The notes below the pieces were generated by a model. It made no database searches, was not told where the DNA came from, and worked only from the letters and a program-made list of their open reading frames with translations. The position numbers were made by a program, and so were the translations under genes. Source: Takakia lepidozioides (lineage: Eukaryota > Plantae > Bryophyta). From it: a stretch of 64,000 bases of DNA. Positions 22,732 through 36,000 of the stretch are shown here, in pieces. Position 1 is the first letter of the stretch; each line of letters starts with the position of its first letter. Location: the NCBI GenBank assembly GCA_030704615.1, contig CM060733.1, positions 22,692,001 to 22,756,000 on the forward strand, in the 5' to 3' direction.

Positions 22732-25129
22732 ATCCTTCCTGGAAGTTTTTTCTAATTCAATGTGGATGGTTTCCTGGGAATTTGTCTCTTTTCCACTATG
22801 GTCCTAGTTTCATGAACCTCCATTGTCCAGTGGACGTTCTTTTTCTGACCCTTCTTGATTGTAATAGACGAACAGACTTTTCGGGTTGAAAGGAGTCTCG
22901 CAGTCGGCTGTTAGCCACATCCGGAGTCGGATATTTCGTAACAACACCATTTTAAGTAAATATGGACCAAATGATGAAATCTGGACATCTGTTAAATAAT
23001 TGTAAATAATTAATAAATATGAAAAATATTATATTCAGTATTAACAATGAATTAAAGCTTACAATTTTGGATTTTCCAGGATTGGTCCGAAAAGTAACAT
23101 CGTCCTTTGCAAAATAAATGACAAGCAAGACACCTATGTTGAATTTGAGGAGATCGCTCGTGAGTATATTCACAGAGGGGAGATCTCCCGTGCACTCGAT
23201 AGGTAGTTTCTCAACACTTACGCGAAACGAATCATTCGATTACTACATGATGGTTTAGGAGAGAGAAGATGAGAGGAACTTTCCCTAGAAAACGTAACAA
23301 ATGCATGTCAAATCATATACGAAACAAAGTAAGAGCTTTAAAACCACAATGGGTTGTGACTCAAATTATTGGTAGAAACATTGGAATAATATTTTTGAAT
23401 TATTGAAACTTAAGGGACAGAAAAATCTTTGTCACATTGAGGAATGAAATAACAAACGAAATGCATTGAACCGTCAAATACAAGGTCAGATACCATGTCA
23501 AATATAATTTCAAGTACAATGTCAGCTTGTTGCTGGTGCTTTCAGACCTCCCCCCCACTAGGGGAAATCTCCCATGCTCAATACGAGAAGCGTCGAGCCG
23601 TCAAATTAAAAGAAAGTAAGATCTAGAAACATTGGTCATCCAAAAATTAAAACTGTCCGGTAAGACAATAGTTATTTGTCGCCCTCCGAATACCTACAAA
23701 TAAGAATCGAGTATATGCCGAACAGACGTCGAGACATAGCAAGGGAGACCTCCCGTCTACAACAGAAATCAATAGCACAATCGCGAAAATACAATTTGGA
23801 ACGTCGGCGTCATAAGGCGCCATCGTTAAATCGGAGTAGTGAACGACATTCCGCAAGGGAAGATATGAAGGTTTTGGACTAGACAAAATCCTCGTCATCC
23901 TCAGAAAATGAAAATATTTGCGAATCCTTACTATATTCTACAATGAGCTCTAAGAAAAAATATAATAATCATGATCGGAAATAGTCAAGTCATTGTAGCA
24001 CGTCACATCTCCCGAGCACTATGTGCACATCTCTCGAGCACTATGTGCAAGGGAGAAAACCATCAACCACCATGGGAAATCGGCCGTCCGACATACAAAA
24101 TGCGTGGAACCGTTTTTTCACCCAATCTTTAGGTAATATTGTAAAACCCTTTGTTTCCTAATACCCTATTTTTCTTTATAATTATTTTTACAACAATTAA
24201 TTAGACCCTATTTTAAATTGTCTTTTTAAATAATTACAAAATTCAAAACATGTACGTAAACAACATTCCATAAATAAGTCAAATGCCGGACACAAAGAAA
24301 CGTTTAATTTTCATTACCCACGAACTCATTCAAAGCCGTAGCATCACCTGGATCTAAAGAGAACAAGTTTTGATATGGTTCAAATGTCATAGTCACTGTT
24401 GAGATTATGGTCTCAACATCAATCCACTGGGTTTCACTGGAATCATATTTTGAACTTCAGGTGGCCATTATCTTTAGAGAACCAATTCAAAAACACCATA
24501 ATCGAAGGACCTCCAGATTTGGGTAGAGCAGGCTTATTCATCAAATAAGCCTGATGAATGAATGAAGTTTTGAGAAGATTTCATCCTGATGGATTAGAGT
24601 TGGATGAAGTATGAGAAACTTCACAAAGATGGATACATTATATTGTAGATAAAATCTTTTATTACATTAATTTTTAAAGTAAAACTCTGGATTTTTTGTG
24701 ACATTTTTTTAAAAAAAACTGGGTGAAAGGATATTGCCCTACCATATTTTCAAAGTAAAACTTTTCTAAAATTTACCTCAAAAAAATAGACTACACCCTA
24801 TATTTGTTCTCACATGGTTTTGAAAATACGGGGAGTGACCCCCGCAATAGTCAAGTATTTGTAGCACGAGAGATCTATCGTGCTATGTGCGTAAAATACA
24901 ATCAATCAAGACTAAACTTACACTGAGATAAAGGCAGTCAGGGTTCAAATCGCTAGAAATATAGGTGTTCAGAAATTGAAATGTTCAAATGGTCGACACA
25001 GAGAATTCAAGGTTCTGATTGTCAAAGGAGCTCCCACAAAATCCTAGCAATCACCAGTAAGATCAACATTAACACATATTGTCGTCAAATTAGCACGGGA
25101 GATCTCCCGTGCACCTCTCTACACTGTGC

Positions 25130-26949
25130 TTAATCAGACTCACTTTGATCGTTCGCAGCATATAGATTTGCTTTCGTTTTAACGGCTTCGGCCTTTCCAA
25201 TACATCTAAAACTCCACTTGGAGGTGTTCTTCCGAGGTCGCATTGTCCACACAGTTCGTATGTATCCACTTTGGTGGATCAGATTCATTGAATTCCCAAG
25301 CTTTGTCCCAACAGTTTCTATACATGTCAACGTCCTCCGCTGCAACACATTTAGGTCTCCACCACTCCAGAAGGACTTGCCGATATCTCTCATCTGAATG
25401 GTCACGAAAAATATATGAGATTGTCACACCCATCCAAACTGGATATGTCTTTGTGTCTGGTGGTTGAACAAGTACGAAGTTTCCAATTTCAATATCTTTG
25501 AATGGGTTCATCGGCTCTTTACGTCTCTTACTCTTTGGCCCACAATAGGGATCCAATTGGTTGCGATCTTCCTCCTCTGACTCCTCCTGACTCTCATATT
25601 CAACCCTAATCCCATCTCTATCATAGTTATCTTTCCACAGAGTCGAAGATCAAAACCCCTCCTCCAGCTTGTCCTTTGGCTCAGGCAATGGCTTATCAAA
25701 TTCAAGTAGAACATCCTTCCAATACTCATTGTAGTTCTTCATGATATTTTCGTAGTTCTTGTCCAGATCCATCCCAAGTCTCCAGAATTCGCTATACTTC
25801 GAAAGGCCATTTACAATACTGGCATTTTTCCCCCTGGCATCTAGCTTTATTCCCCAAATAGGCTGCAGTGGAACAGGTTCTGGGACACCCTGGGGTAGCA
25901 GGGGAGACCTCCCGTCCTCAGTAACCTTCCACATTTTGACAGCATCCTCCTTCGGAAGCCAGACAGCGTTGGTTGCCGATTTCTTATACTTCATTATAGG
26001 CCAACCGTCACAATCCACACAAAACTTGAAGATATGCATGTCACGCATCCCGATTAGCGCATCGCTCCCATCAATACTATATCCAACCACAAACTGAAGT
26101 CTGCGACCTCTTGTATCAATTTAGGAATAAACGAGAGGTTTTGAGACTCCATAAAGAGGCGCATGAGATCCGCAAGGATATATGTGCTCGTCTGTTTCAA
26201 CTTCTTCGATAGATAACTAAAGTATGCATCAATGTCCTCGTGGGTGTGACCAACCATCAAGAATCCAAGAGTGATAAAAAAACAAGCATCCAACGATTTT
26301 TGTTCTCTCTTGAAGAATTGTCCATTTGCAGGTATAGTCGACGGGGTACTAACTTGGCTTGAACTGGGCCTTGGGATACCCTAGGCTTAAGTGCTTTCTC
26401 ACATCAAGATTTTCCCCTCATTAGAGTTTTGAAAAATGAGTTCTACATTGGATGATCGAAAATTTCTCTTGACTCTCGACATGTAAGCTACTCAAGAGCG
26501 CGAGGACAATGAGCCAAGGAGCTGATTGTCAAGTTAGGATCACTTGGCCAGAACTCGTTCGTGAACTGAGCATAAGCACCGTCACTATGGCCATGAGTCA
26601 CCATACCTGTTAGGGATATAGGTAGCTGACCGAGACCAAATGTCATCTTGTTTGTTACGAGGAGCCGGGGCAACACAGTCTTCGAGTGATCCATCTTATC
26701 GTGTATAATACACAGAAACTCCTCACCCATCATCGTTGATTCATTTCGCCAACTATGATAAAGCATGCGACATGACTCCTGATGCTTCAAATGTCTTAAG
26801 ATCTTTGAACATCTCACAATCTGTGCATATTTTCCACCAGGTTTCCGAACCTCAACATTCCCAAAAAGTTTCATTCGAATTCGGCTAATTCCAGACTTCG
26901 ACAATGCTTCAAGCCCATTCATTTGTTCGCTTGATCTCATTGTCAACAA
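25130..26949 (-). pseudogene. Decayed Sola-like/DUF7869-type DDD transposase with Tudor-like C-terminus
   Basis: CIIHDKMDHSK, LYLQMDNSSRENKN (~26297-26340), FLMVGHTHEDIDAYFS, then IGNFVLVQPP..PVWMG..VLLEWW; many stops and frameshifts. Confidence 0.7.
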
Positions 26950-27749
26950 TATATAGAGTTGGTATCGTATTTAGGACGGGAGACCTCCCGTAGACATTGA
27001 AATTGAGATTGAATTTCCAATATCTAAATCCAAGAGATATGAAAATTTGATAGATGCAAAAAAACGACAGAAACAAAATTTCGTTCTTAAATAGATGGAC
27101 TAACTTCTCTCGAAACGATCCATCAATGGACTATCGGTTAATATGCTGACGATTTGATATCGACTATTAGCACGCGTAGCAGAATGATTACGGGAGGTCT
27201 CCTGTGACATACGCTCCTTGAAAGTAGAAAAAATATTTATAGAGGCAAATCCAGATTAGGTTGGAAAGCAGTATCCTACCTCATTGGATTGTTGGTTCAG
27301 CTCCTTCCAATTCATCTCCACCGGTAGCAACTTCAGAACATCCTGTCTTCTTTCTCTGATACCTCTCATTTTATGAGGCATGAGGTCACTGTTTCTGGAA
27401 ATCAGCGATAACAAATTCGCCTCGGCCTGCAGGGTTTTTGCTCGGGGTTTCTTCCTCTGTTTCCATGCATTGATGAGATGTATCCATCATTACTCTTCCT
27501 CTCGTATCCATGGTACGTTGACCTTCCGATTCCATGGATTGTCCACCACGCCTTCTCACAGATCTCAACTCCTTCCATTATAAGGTAGGCATGATGACCA
27601 TCTGGAAGTCGGTGTAGTCGTCAGGGGATGTCAAACCCTAACTCTCTATTTGCATCAAAAGAAGATGCTAAGAACTTACTCCAGATAACCTTAGTTTTTT
27701 CCCAGCTGAAGTGTTGACAACAGTTTCGAGCACAATAGCTCACAGAGCT

Positions 27750-28102
27750 TACTGCTTGATTGACTCCGAATTTAAGAGTCGGATCAATTTCTTCCCCCTG
27801 GAGTTCTCATCTCCTTTTTGAACTCGTTTCAAACATTTATACTACGATTTCTTAACTCCTTCGAGGTGGTCATCCTCCGTGTCTAACTCGTGCTCTTCAT
27901 AAAATTTTGTGAGCAACTCTGATAGTTTGTGGCCGTCTCGAAGTTTTGTATGTGTAAGCCGTCATTTTGTAATTGTCATTAGCATATCCTGAGCTGACCC
28001 AGAGACAGCTGTAACAATTACACTGACATGCTCCTCCCCAAGGTTTTCACCGAGAATAACTTCGTCAGGTAGACAGGCCACAATCCGGCCCTCAGTGATG
28101 AT
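27750..28102 (-). pseudogene. 3' part of an accessory TE ORF (DUF8039-like); target of MULE copy A
   Basis: EGRIVACLPDEVILGENLGEEHVSVIV continues in frame from WRNQMCNLLNDEMDIIT at 39551-39610 once 28103-39550 and one TSD are removed. Confidence 0.6.
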
Positions 28103-28714
28103 CAACGACGCAATGGCGTGAGCGCGCGAGCGTACGCTCACGCAGGAGTGACGTGGCGTGAGCGTACGCTCACGCCAGCTGACATGGCGTGAGCGGTCAT
28201 GTCTGCATGCTGATGTGGCGATAAATGATGACGTGGCACTGTCCTTCATCTGCCATGTCAGCATTAACATGCGCCGCCTATAACCGAGGATGGTCCTATG
28301 ACCGTGGAATTAATGCAGGGAATCTTGCCTAAATAGAATCAAGACGAGCGTTGAGGCCTACAATTGCAGCATCCAACATTGTGCAATTACAAATGCTTGT
28401 TTCACTTTTACAATTACGAGGACGAAAAAATATCCTCACAAAGTATGCGTCATAAAGGCTGCCACGGGAAGACCTTCCTCCCTCCTCAAATAACAATGAG
28501 AGTTAGGATCATCTTCAAAAGATGATTGTAGTGCATAGCGACAACAAGACATGTAGACTTCGAACGGTGCAATGACAAATGTGCACTACCTAAAAGTTGT
28601 CACTCAGAGCTCACTCTGTATAGTTGGAGGCCATATCATTGCACCGCCGACGAATTGATGTGAATTACACATTTCAAATCATGGTCGTCCACATACCACA
28701 TTGCATAGTTGATG

Positions 28715-31700
28715 CTACCCATGTGTTGTATCCTGCTGCAATAGAGTATCGACCTCGTTGAAACTCATAGTGGCCTGGTGAATGAAGTTGTCACGTTTGG
28801 GATCGCAAACCATCCTCTTCAAAAATATGAAATACAAATGTTTGCAGGGTATGAATTTACCTCTCTTGCCCAAACTGGTTGATAGCATATTCACAAAATC
28901 AGGACATGTGCAATTGGGGAAATTGGAAACCGTGATGTCGTAGGTCCTGTCATGAACAGCATATGTGGAAGTGATGATTGTGAATACCCGACCATATCCT
29001 GGATCGGGTACTTCCGTGGTGCTTCCAACACGAGCTTGGAGCATTCTTGCGGACTCCACTTTGCCAAAGTGTTCAGCGGTTGGAGGGAAACGCCGAACGA
29101 GCTTTCCATCTCGTTTGGTTGGCCACAAGTCAGGATTTGCCAGGGGGACCCGGGAGGACGCAGAAGTAGTAGCACATGCATGGAGTTGGGGTTGTCTCAC
29201 AAGGGAAAAACCTGCCTCCTCCAGCATTTCAATCTCCTGAAAGCTGAGATGTGTTCCCACCTTCACGGGCCAAACGGTTGGAGGAGATGGCTTCATCACT
29301 ACGGGAGGACGCACAGTTCCATGCACACATCTGGCACAATCATCTGCGCAGAACCAGAACTTGTGGTTCTTGGCTTCTGGTTGACCATATGGACGCATCA
29401 AGCCCGTGAAAGTCGGAGCAGGAGTTCGGGCACCACCTCTGGATATAGATGAAGTGCACTTCTCGAAATTAGTTGCCCTGATCGCTGTACATTTCACACG
29501 AGACCCTACACTTGTGCGTTCTATGTACCAAACGTGGTCGGGGCATGCGGACTCAAGCACATCAAGGGGGTTGTTTCTCTCCTGCACCATTTCAGTGGCA
29601 CTGTTTGATGCTGGAGCTTGCCGTCGTGTTGGAGGTTCCTCCACAATGGAGGTTCCGGACATGGAGCTGTCATGCAGGGGAACACGAGGCTTCGAGAAGT
29701 TATCACGGTCTGCCCTGTGGGAATCTGAATGCGAACCAGGTGGAGTGTTCAATTTCCTCTTACAGGAGCCGAATCTCTCTTCCCCTTCAAGATGTGGAAC
29801 TCTAAAAACAAGTGGCGTTCCCTGGGCATACATGCTCACCGCCCATGCTATCTTGATTGGATCCCCAGATCTGTTTGCAGCACGCAACATCAACTCCCAT
29901 TTGTCCGGACCCTTGCCACCAACCCCACCTCGTAAGAAATCACGGTATCGGGTTTGTTGTTGCAAGGCACGTATCAAATCATCTGTTGTTGCTCCATACA
30001 ATTCCCGACCTCATTTCCCAGACTGCTGCAACCATGCGTTGTGCACAGTTTCTGCCAAATTGCAAGATGGCATGTCCGCCATTTCCTCAATGGACATGTT
30101 CTGCAAAGTGCAGAACCACACTTCAAAACATTGAATAGAAAACAACATAAAGAAAGCGAGGACACAATAAAATGGAAAGCAAATGTATGAATAAAGCAAT
30201 AAATATAAGCCTCGTACCAATGGCATGGCTGCTCCCCACTGTCTATACCGGAAGTGCCAAAACGCCAGCCAATCTTCCAATGCTCTCATACTCTCAAGTG
30301 ATGCAGCTCCAGAAGAGAACCACCAGGCACGAATTGTCTGGAACAAAGTGTCCGCCTCCTTCATTGTTCTAACATCTTTGTACTCTTTGCACAATTTACG
30401 GTGTTGAGTCTGCATCTCTGGTTTGATGTCCGACTTTGTATGTTTTTCCAGAGATTGTGTCCAATGGAATAGACATGTACGCTCTCTTCCTGGCATAGGC
30501 ACTTTTGGGTCGCCCGATCCGAAGACAATACGAACTGCATTGAAATTTGCTTGAGCACTATCCGCCATGAAACCTGCAAAATTTGGAGATGGCAGCCCAT
30601 GGCAGCCCATGACACGTATCAGGGAATTCCACATGAGCTTCTGGGATTCCGTATCCTCGGATTGCATGTCACAAACTGCAATTGTCATAACTCGTTGGTA
30701 CACTGGATCGTAGACATGACAAGCCATTGTTGTCCAATCCTTCACTCGTTTCACATGATCAAACATAAGAAAACAGTTCTGCAAGTCCCCAGTCTTCTGC
30801 ATCCGCTTCACGAGGCTAACCCCACTGCCCTCCCCAACAGTCGACATTTTGAAAAGAAAAACTTTGATGGCACCTTGACCTGGGAATACATTGTCCTGGA
30901 TGTAATCGTACTTGCTCACTCGTTTCAATTCCAAAATGTTGTCTATGTAGCCTCTGATCCCAGAGCCCATTCTCAATGCATTGATCTGATGCCGAATGTT
31001 AGGTGAACTTAAAGTGGAGAAATGATCCATGACCAGGTCCAATGCTGCACCGTCAAGTTTAGTCCCCACAGAATCCCCTTCACTCAAAATATGGCTTTCC
31101 AAGAAGGACTTGCTTGCGCCAAGAGCAATTGCAGATGTTGTTGCGGATGGGTTTCTCCCGAACTCCTGTTTAATCAACCTCGATACTGTCTCAACACTCT
31201 CCCTGTAATCCCCCTTCGAGACAGGATGGTTATGGAATCCGAAATGCACACAAGCTCTTGTCATTGTTTTCAAACGGTGGACAACATAGTACATTCTTGC
31301 TCCGCAGAGCGCCAAGCAGGATGGCACAAGTTTGCAGAATTTGCAGACGAAAGTGTTTGCCGGTGGAGGGGCAGTCCCAGGCTGAAATGGATTTTCCGCC
31401 AGACCCTCCCATTCGCTTTGATTATGAACCCCAGACTGAAGAAAGTGTCTGCAATTCAAATTATCACACCTAAGGTGTCCATTGCAAACTGTCCTTCCTG
31501 AAAACAAGCTTGTCATCATTCTGAATATTGGATGTTTTTGTTCTGCACCACGGGTGCCCGTCGTGTTTCTTGTCCATTCCATGCATCATGATTGTTACAC
31601 CTCCAACTCGCGGAGGAGGAGGCAGCTCGAATAGGATATCGCCATCAAAAGTCTCCGGCAAGAACTTCACAGGCACCTGCTTCAAAGATTCCCAATCAAT

Positions 31701-32231
31701 TCCCCGCAACTCACTTTTGAATCCAGCCATTCCTCCCATCGCCCGCAATTTTGGAATGACACTACAAATCTCTTCTTCATCAGCTTCTCCAACCACAGTA
31801 GGAAGGACTGGATTTGGAATTTCACTTATGTCATCATCGGACGAATCCGAAAGCTCAACGATTGGAGTGGAGGACGTCTGTTCTTTTTTCACCACCACCT
31901 CCCTCTTGTCTTCAACGACCGAAGCAGCAGTCCCGGGCGTCACATATGACCCAAGGGACTTTCGCCGAGGCTCTCCAAGTACTCTGTATCGACCAGGACG
32001 CACTCTCCACTGGCTGATATGAGCCGTCTCATCACGGTTTTGGAAAGAGTATTTCAACAACTTCCCTTTAAGATCGTACACCTCTTTCTCCAAAAAGATG
32101 GAGCCATTCTGCAGCTGAAAACGGGTAGCCAAGACATGTTCCAGAACAATTGCAAATCCATTGTCAAGGACTTCCTGGGAGAACGGCACTGGTTTGTCGT
32201 CAGAGAAGAACTCCGCTTCAGAGGAAGCCAT
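28715..32231 (-). pseudogene. MULE transposase of copy A: GCM-like Zn finger, DDE core, C-terminal SWIM. One frameshift (~31492), one in-frame TGA (30011-30013), intron 30101-30217
   Basis: WCRTKTSN..CNGHLRCDNLNC..CKFC..HFGFHNHP; MFDHVK; FMADSAQAN; CLFHW; NLAETVH; YDITV..CTCPDF..PCKHLYFIF (SWIM). Confidence 0.9.
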
Positions 32232-33086
32232 CTTCCTTCCTCGCGTACGTTTATACCTTGCTATCGCAGATCTAGTGTAAATCGGTTTACTGATGTCTCC
32301 AGAACACAGTTGAAGAATGAGCAGAGAATATGGCGGAGGAAGCTCAGACAACGACTGTGCATATTATGTTATTTTTCCAGATATGCAGCCGTCCATTTTA
32401 ATTACTTTTCTTGTGGGCCCAGTGGTCAGAGTATCCCTAGGAGCAGTGTCGGCAGCTGTTAAACCGTTAATCAGAACCTCATCAATAAACCCAATAACAA
32501 AGCCGACTTCCTGGAAGCATGCCACAGGATCTGAGGATGGGATTGCAGATTAAGTAAATGTATCTTTATACTACTACCAATGATCATGCGCACCTGGAAA
32601 GTTCCAAATGTGAAACGAATGTGGGGTTTGGCTAACAAGGATGACCGTGTATGATATTCCAAAATTTGTCATCAAACTCTCGTTCATTTACATTTATTTG
32701 TGTAAGACTGTGCGCCAAGATTTCTGGGATTCGCTGTTATTTTTAAATATTGAAACCGTTCTAATAAAGAACACGCCGTTTATTTTGGGCGACACACGTC
32801 AGACATCCATAACTGAATACGAACAGCTGTACACCAATTGCTGGCATGTGCACTAATAAGGGAACGACTATGTGTAACGGTCACGCGAGAGGGAATCCGA
32901 TGCTTCTAGAGACAAGCAACAACGCAGGCAATCCCGCAAGAAATCGGGAGTCACTGCGTTTTTCTACTTTTCGCGCTTAGAGAGAGAGTGGTAGTCAAGC
33001 TGGAGAGGGTTCCTTCTACAATACGAAAGAGAAGAAAGTCTCTTTATTTTACTTCCCTTAGAGAGAGACGCAGAGCAAGAGAGCAA

Positions 33087-36000
33087 ATGACGAGGCGTCG
33101 TTTGTTGGAGAACACAGGGCCAAGGCAGCAGGTGAACGCGGAGACTGATTCACAAGAGCAGACGGAGACTGAGGCAGCGGCTGTGACACAGTCGGCGATA
33201 AGAGTGCGCCAGCCTGTGGATGCAGAGATGACTCGCAGGGACACTGAAGGAGGTGGAAGCACGAGGAACGCCGAACCGGGAGAAGGTCCAGAAACCCTAG
33301 AGCAGACAGAAATTCCAGCAGATGTGAGAGGGAAGAGGAAAGCTGCAGAAGGGGATCCAATTTCAAAACCTAAGAAGGCGCCAGTAAGTTTTCTCTAACT
33401 TACATTTCATTGTTGAAGATCTGCGTAGAGATTGAGTGGAATGTCCCAGACAGGGATTGTCGCTACTGACCATCACAACGGTGATTTGCTTTCTACTCCT
33501 CTGCTAAGGGTTTACCGCACAATGAGTGGGTGACTGACGGTACCGTCAATCATCGTTGTTCAGATCATACAGTCTGTCTGATTGCCTTTCAAGCAGTCCT
33601 TCCTCTTCCCATGCTGGCGACGGTAATCACAATGGAGTCAATCTGAATAATCTGCACTTACTGTCCGCCCTAAACTATACTGAATGTCGTTGCCGCCAAT
33701 CACTTACACATAGATGTCATTACACAACACCGATCCGGCAGGTCCTTATCTTTTGTGATTGTCGTTAACGCCGTTCGCTATCGCTCTCGCTTTTGTTTTG
33801 AATACGGCAGGATCAGCTTTGCTTGTGTAGATTGTGCTGAATTGTTTCACACCATTCATAGTGAGTTTCTTGGAGACAGAGTGATGGTCGTTACCGCCGT
33901 TCACTATTTGCAAATTACTCAGTCAGAATTGAATGGCATCGTGCAGAAAACTGTGAGGTCCAAGCCTACAGGATCAGAGGGGAAAGGATCTGGAGTCCGG
34001 AAAAAGCTCAGAGAATACAGATGAAGCAGATGAATCTGAAGTGCACTACCTTGACAAGGTGAAAGAACTCATGTCATTCCAGAAGGTAAACTCTCAGGAG
34101 GTTATAAGGGACATGCTCGTATCTGGAGGGCGTCTGGACATCCCTCTGTGCCGGATGATATCTATGCCTGTTGTGCGTCCACCTCTTTCCCATGACATAA
34201 CAAAATTGGAGAGTGATTTTGTGCATGGATATAGACTTGGTGCACAAGTTTTTTATGTGTCACTGACGGATATAAATGGGAAAAGCACATTAGTGTCTCC
34301 AGAGATCAGTGATAACTGGGATGAGTGCTGGAAAGATGCCAATGAGGAGTTCGAGCTGGGCCTCATGATGGGAAAGAACACCCAGCAATTCTGCAACCAC
34401 ATGTTCTACGTCTGGGACGGCAACCACCGATTGCTGGCATGGATGGGATACATTCAGAAACACCATGCGAAAGACAAAGACAAGCATGTTGTTGTGGAGG
34501 CAATGGTTTTGGATCCTGGAAACGACATCGCTAGGCTTCTTACAGCTATGCACGACGTGAACAAGTAAGTCATCCAGGAGATTTCATTCCCTCTGTAGTG
34601 TCTTATTAATCCCCAAAAAACAGTGTTAAGGAATGCAATGTTTCCAATGTTTTTGCAGATCGACAGAGAAATCGCATGTGACAACAAGCTTGGTCCACAC
34701 ACTATTCCGAATTCAGAGGATTGGTCTGATGAAGCTGGATGATTTTCGGACAGTACTCCACCCAATATAATCAAGAAGTGCGAAACAGGAAGAGCTGCAG
34801 GCACTTGGTATTCTTTGACACGAGAGGCGTTTCTGGAGTACATGTATGCGGTAAGCCCGAGTCTGTACTCAGTTTACTTTTCGAATACATGTTTGTAGTC
34901 CCTTCGGTGCTAATCACTACTTGAATCAATGCAGCAAGAACTGGCAGAGGCAGCTGAGAAGGGAAAATCCGAATATTACCGCACTACACCAGAGGAACTA
35001 AGGACATCAAAGGGTGTGGAAGCTGCAATAAAGAAGGAGTTTGAAATGCGAAGAACCAAATTGATGTCCGCCTTCGGAAAGCAGCTTAGAATAGTAGATC
35101 CTGGACTTGGTTCTGAGTTCCTTCAGCAGATCAAAACACACTATGACAAGCATGTGCATCCGGAGATGCAGCAGGAGAAATTGCACCGGCTGGCCATATC
35201 GATGGTCGACCCACAAACAAAAATAAGGTGGCTGGAGATATGGAACTCAGATCAAACAGTAAAGGACTTGAATCAGTTCCCAAAGAGCACCATACAGCCT
35301 GGCACAAAGGTGGAAGGAATCAGTGATTTGGTGTTTGATAACTGGCTCCACAAGGCTACATTTTGGAGTCAGGTGTGTATTCAAATATGCCGTTTTCTTT
35401 TCTTCAAGTATGTGATGAGTATCTTATTTGCAATTCTGACAAATATACAATTTGCAGCTCGAAAAGCGCGCCGTCATTGTGCTGGATCAGACTTTGAAGG
35501 ACCTGAACATTTCGATTGTTTCCCCTCCCCAAATGTCATTGGAGGCATACATAAGGAAGTGGAGAGGTCTCACCTGGAGATACTGTTTTTTCCGGGAGTT
35601 CTCCAAAGATGGTAACATTTTACGGTCCAACGACTTTGACAGTCAGGTTGGAGGAGAGTGGGCCATGATGCGAGTTGTGTACAGGTGCAATGTCATACTG
35701 GAAACTCTACTGCTTTTTTTGGGAAAAATGTGGCTTCATAAGGATTGCAATCATAGATCCAGATTGAATGTCGTTGACGACATTCACTTCTTTGTCTGAG
35801 TCATTCTTAAGCGAGTATATGAATTCACCTGGTTAGGATCTAAGGGTGTAATTATAGTGTCCCTGATTAGAATTGATAATGTCCTTGAATGGCGTTGACG
35901 ACATTCACATCCGGAGTTGTTGAGAGGTCCTCAGAGTTATGTAAATTTTTGTAATGTCCATAGAGTTTACAGTGAGGGTTCCTCACTTCATTTTGCTGAA

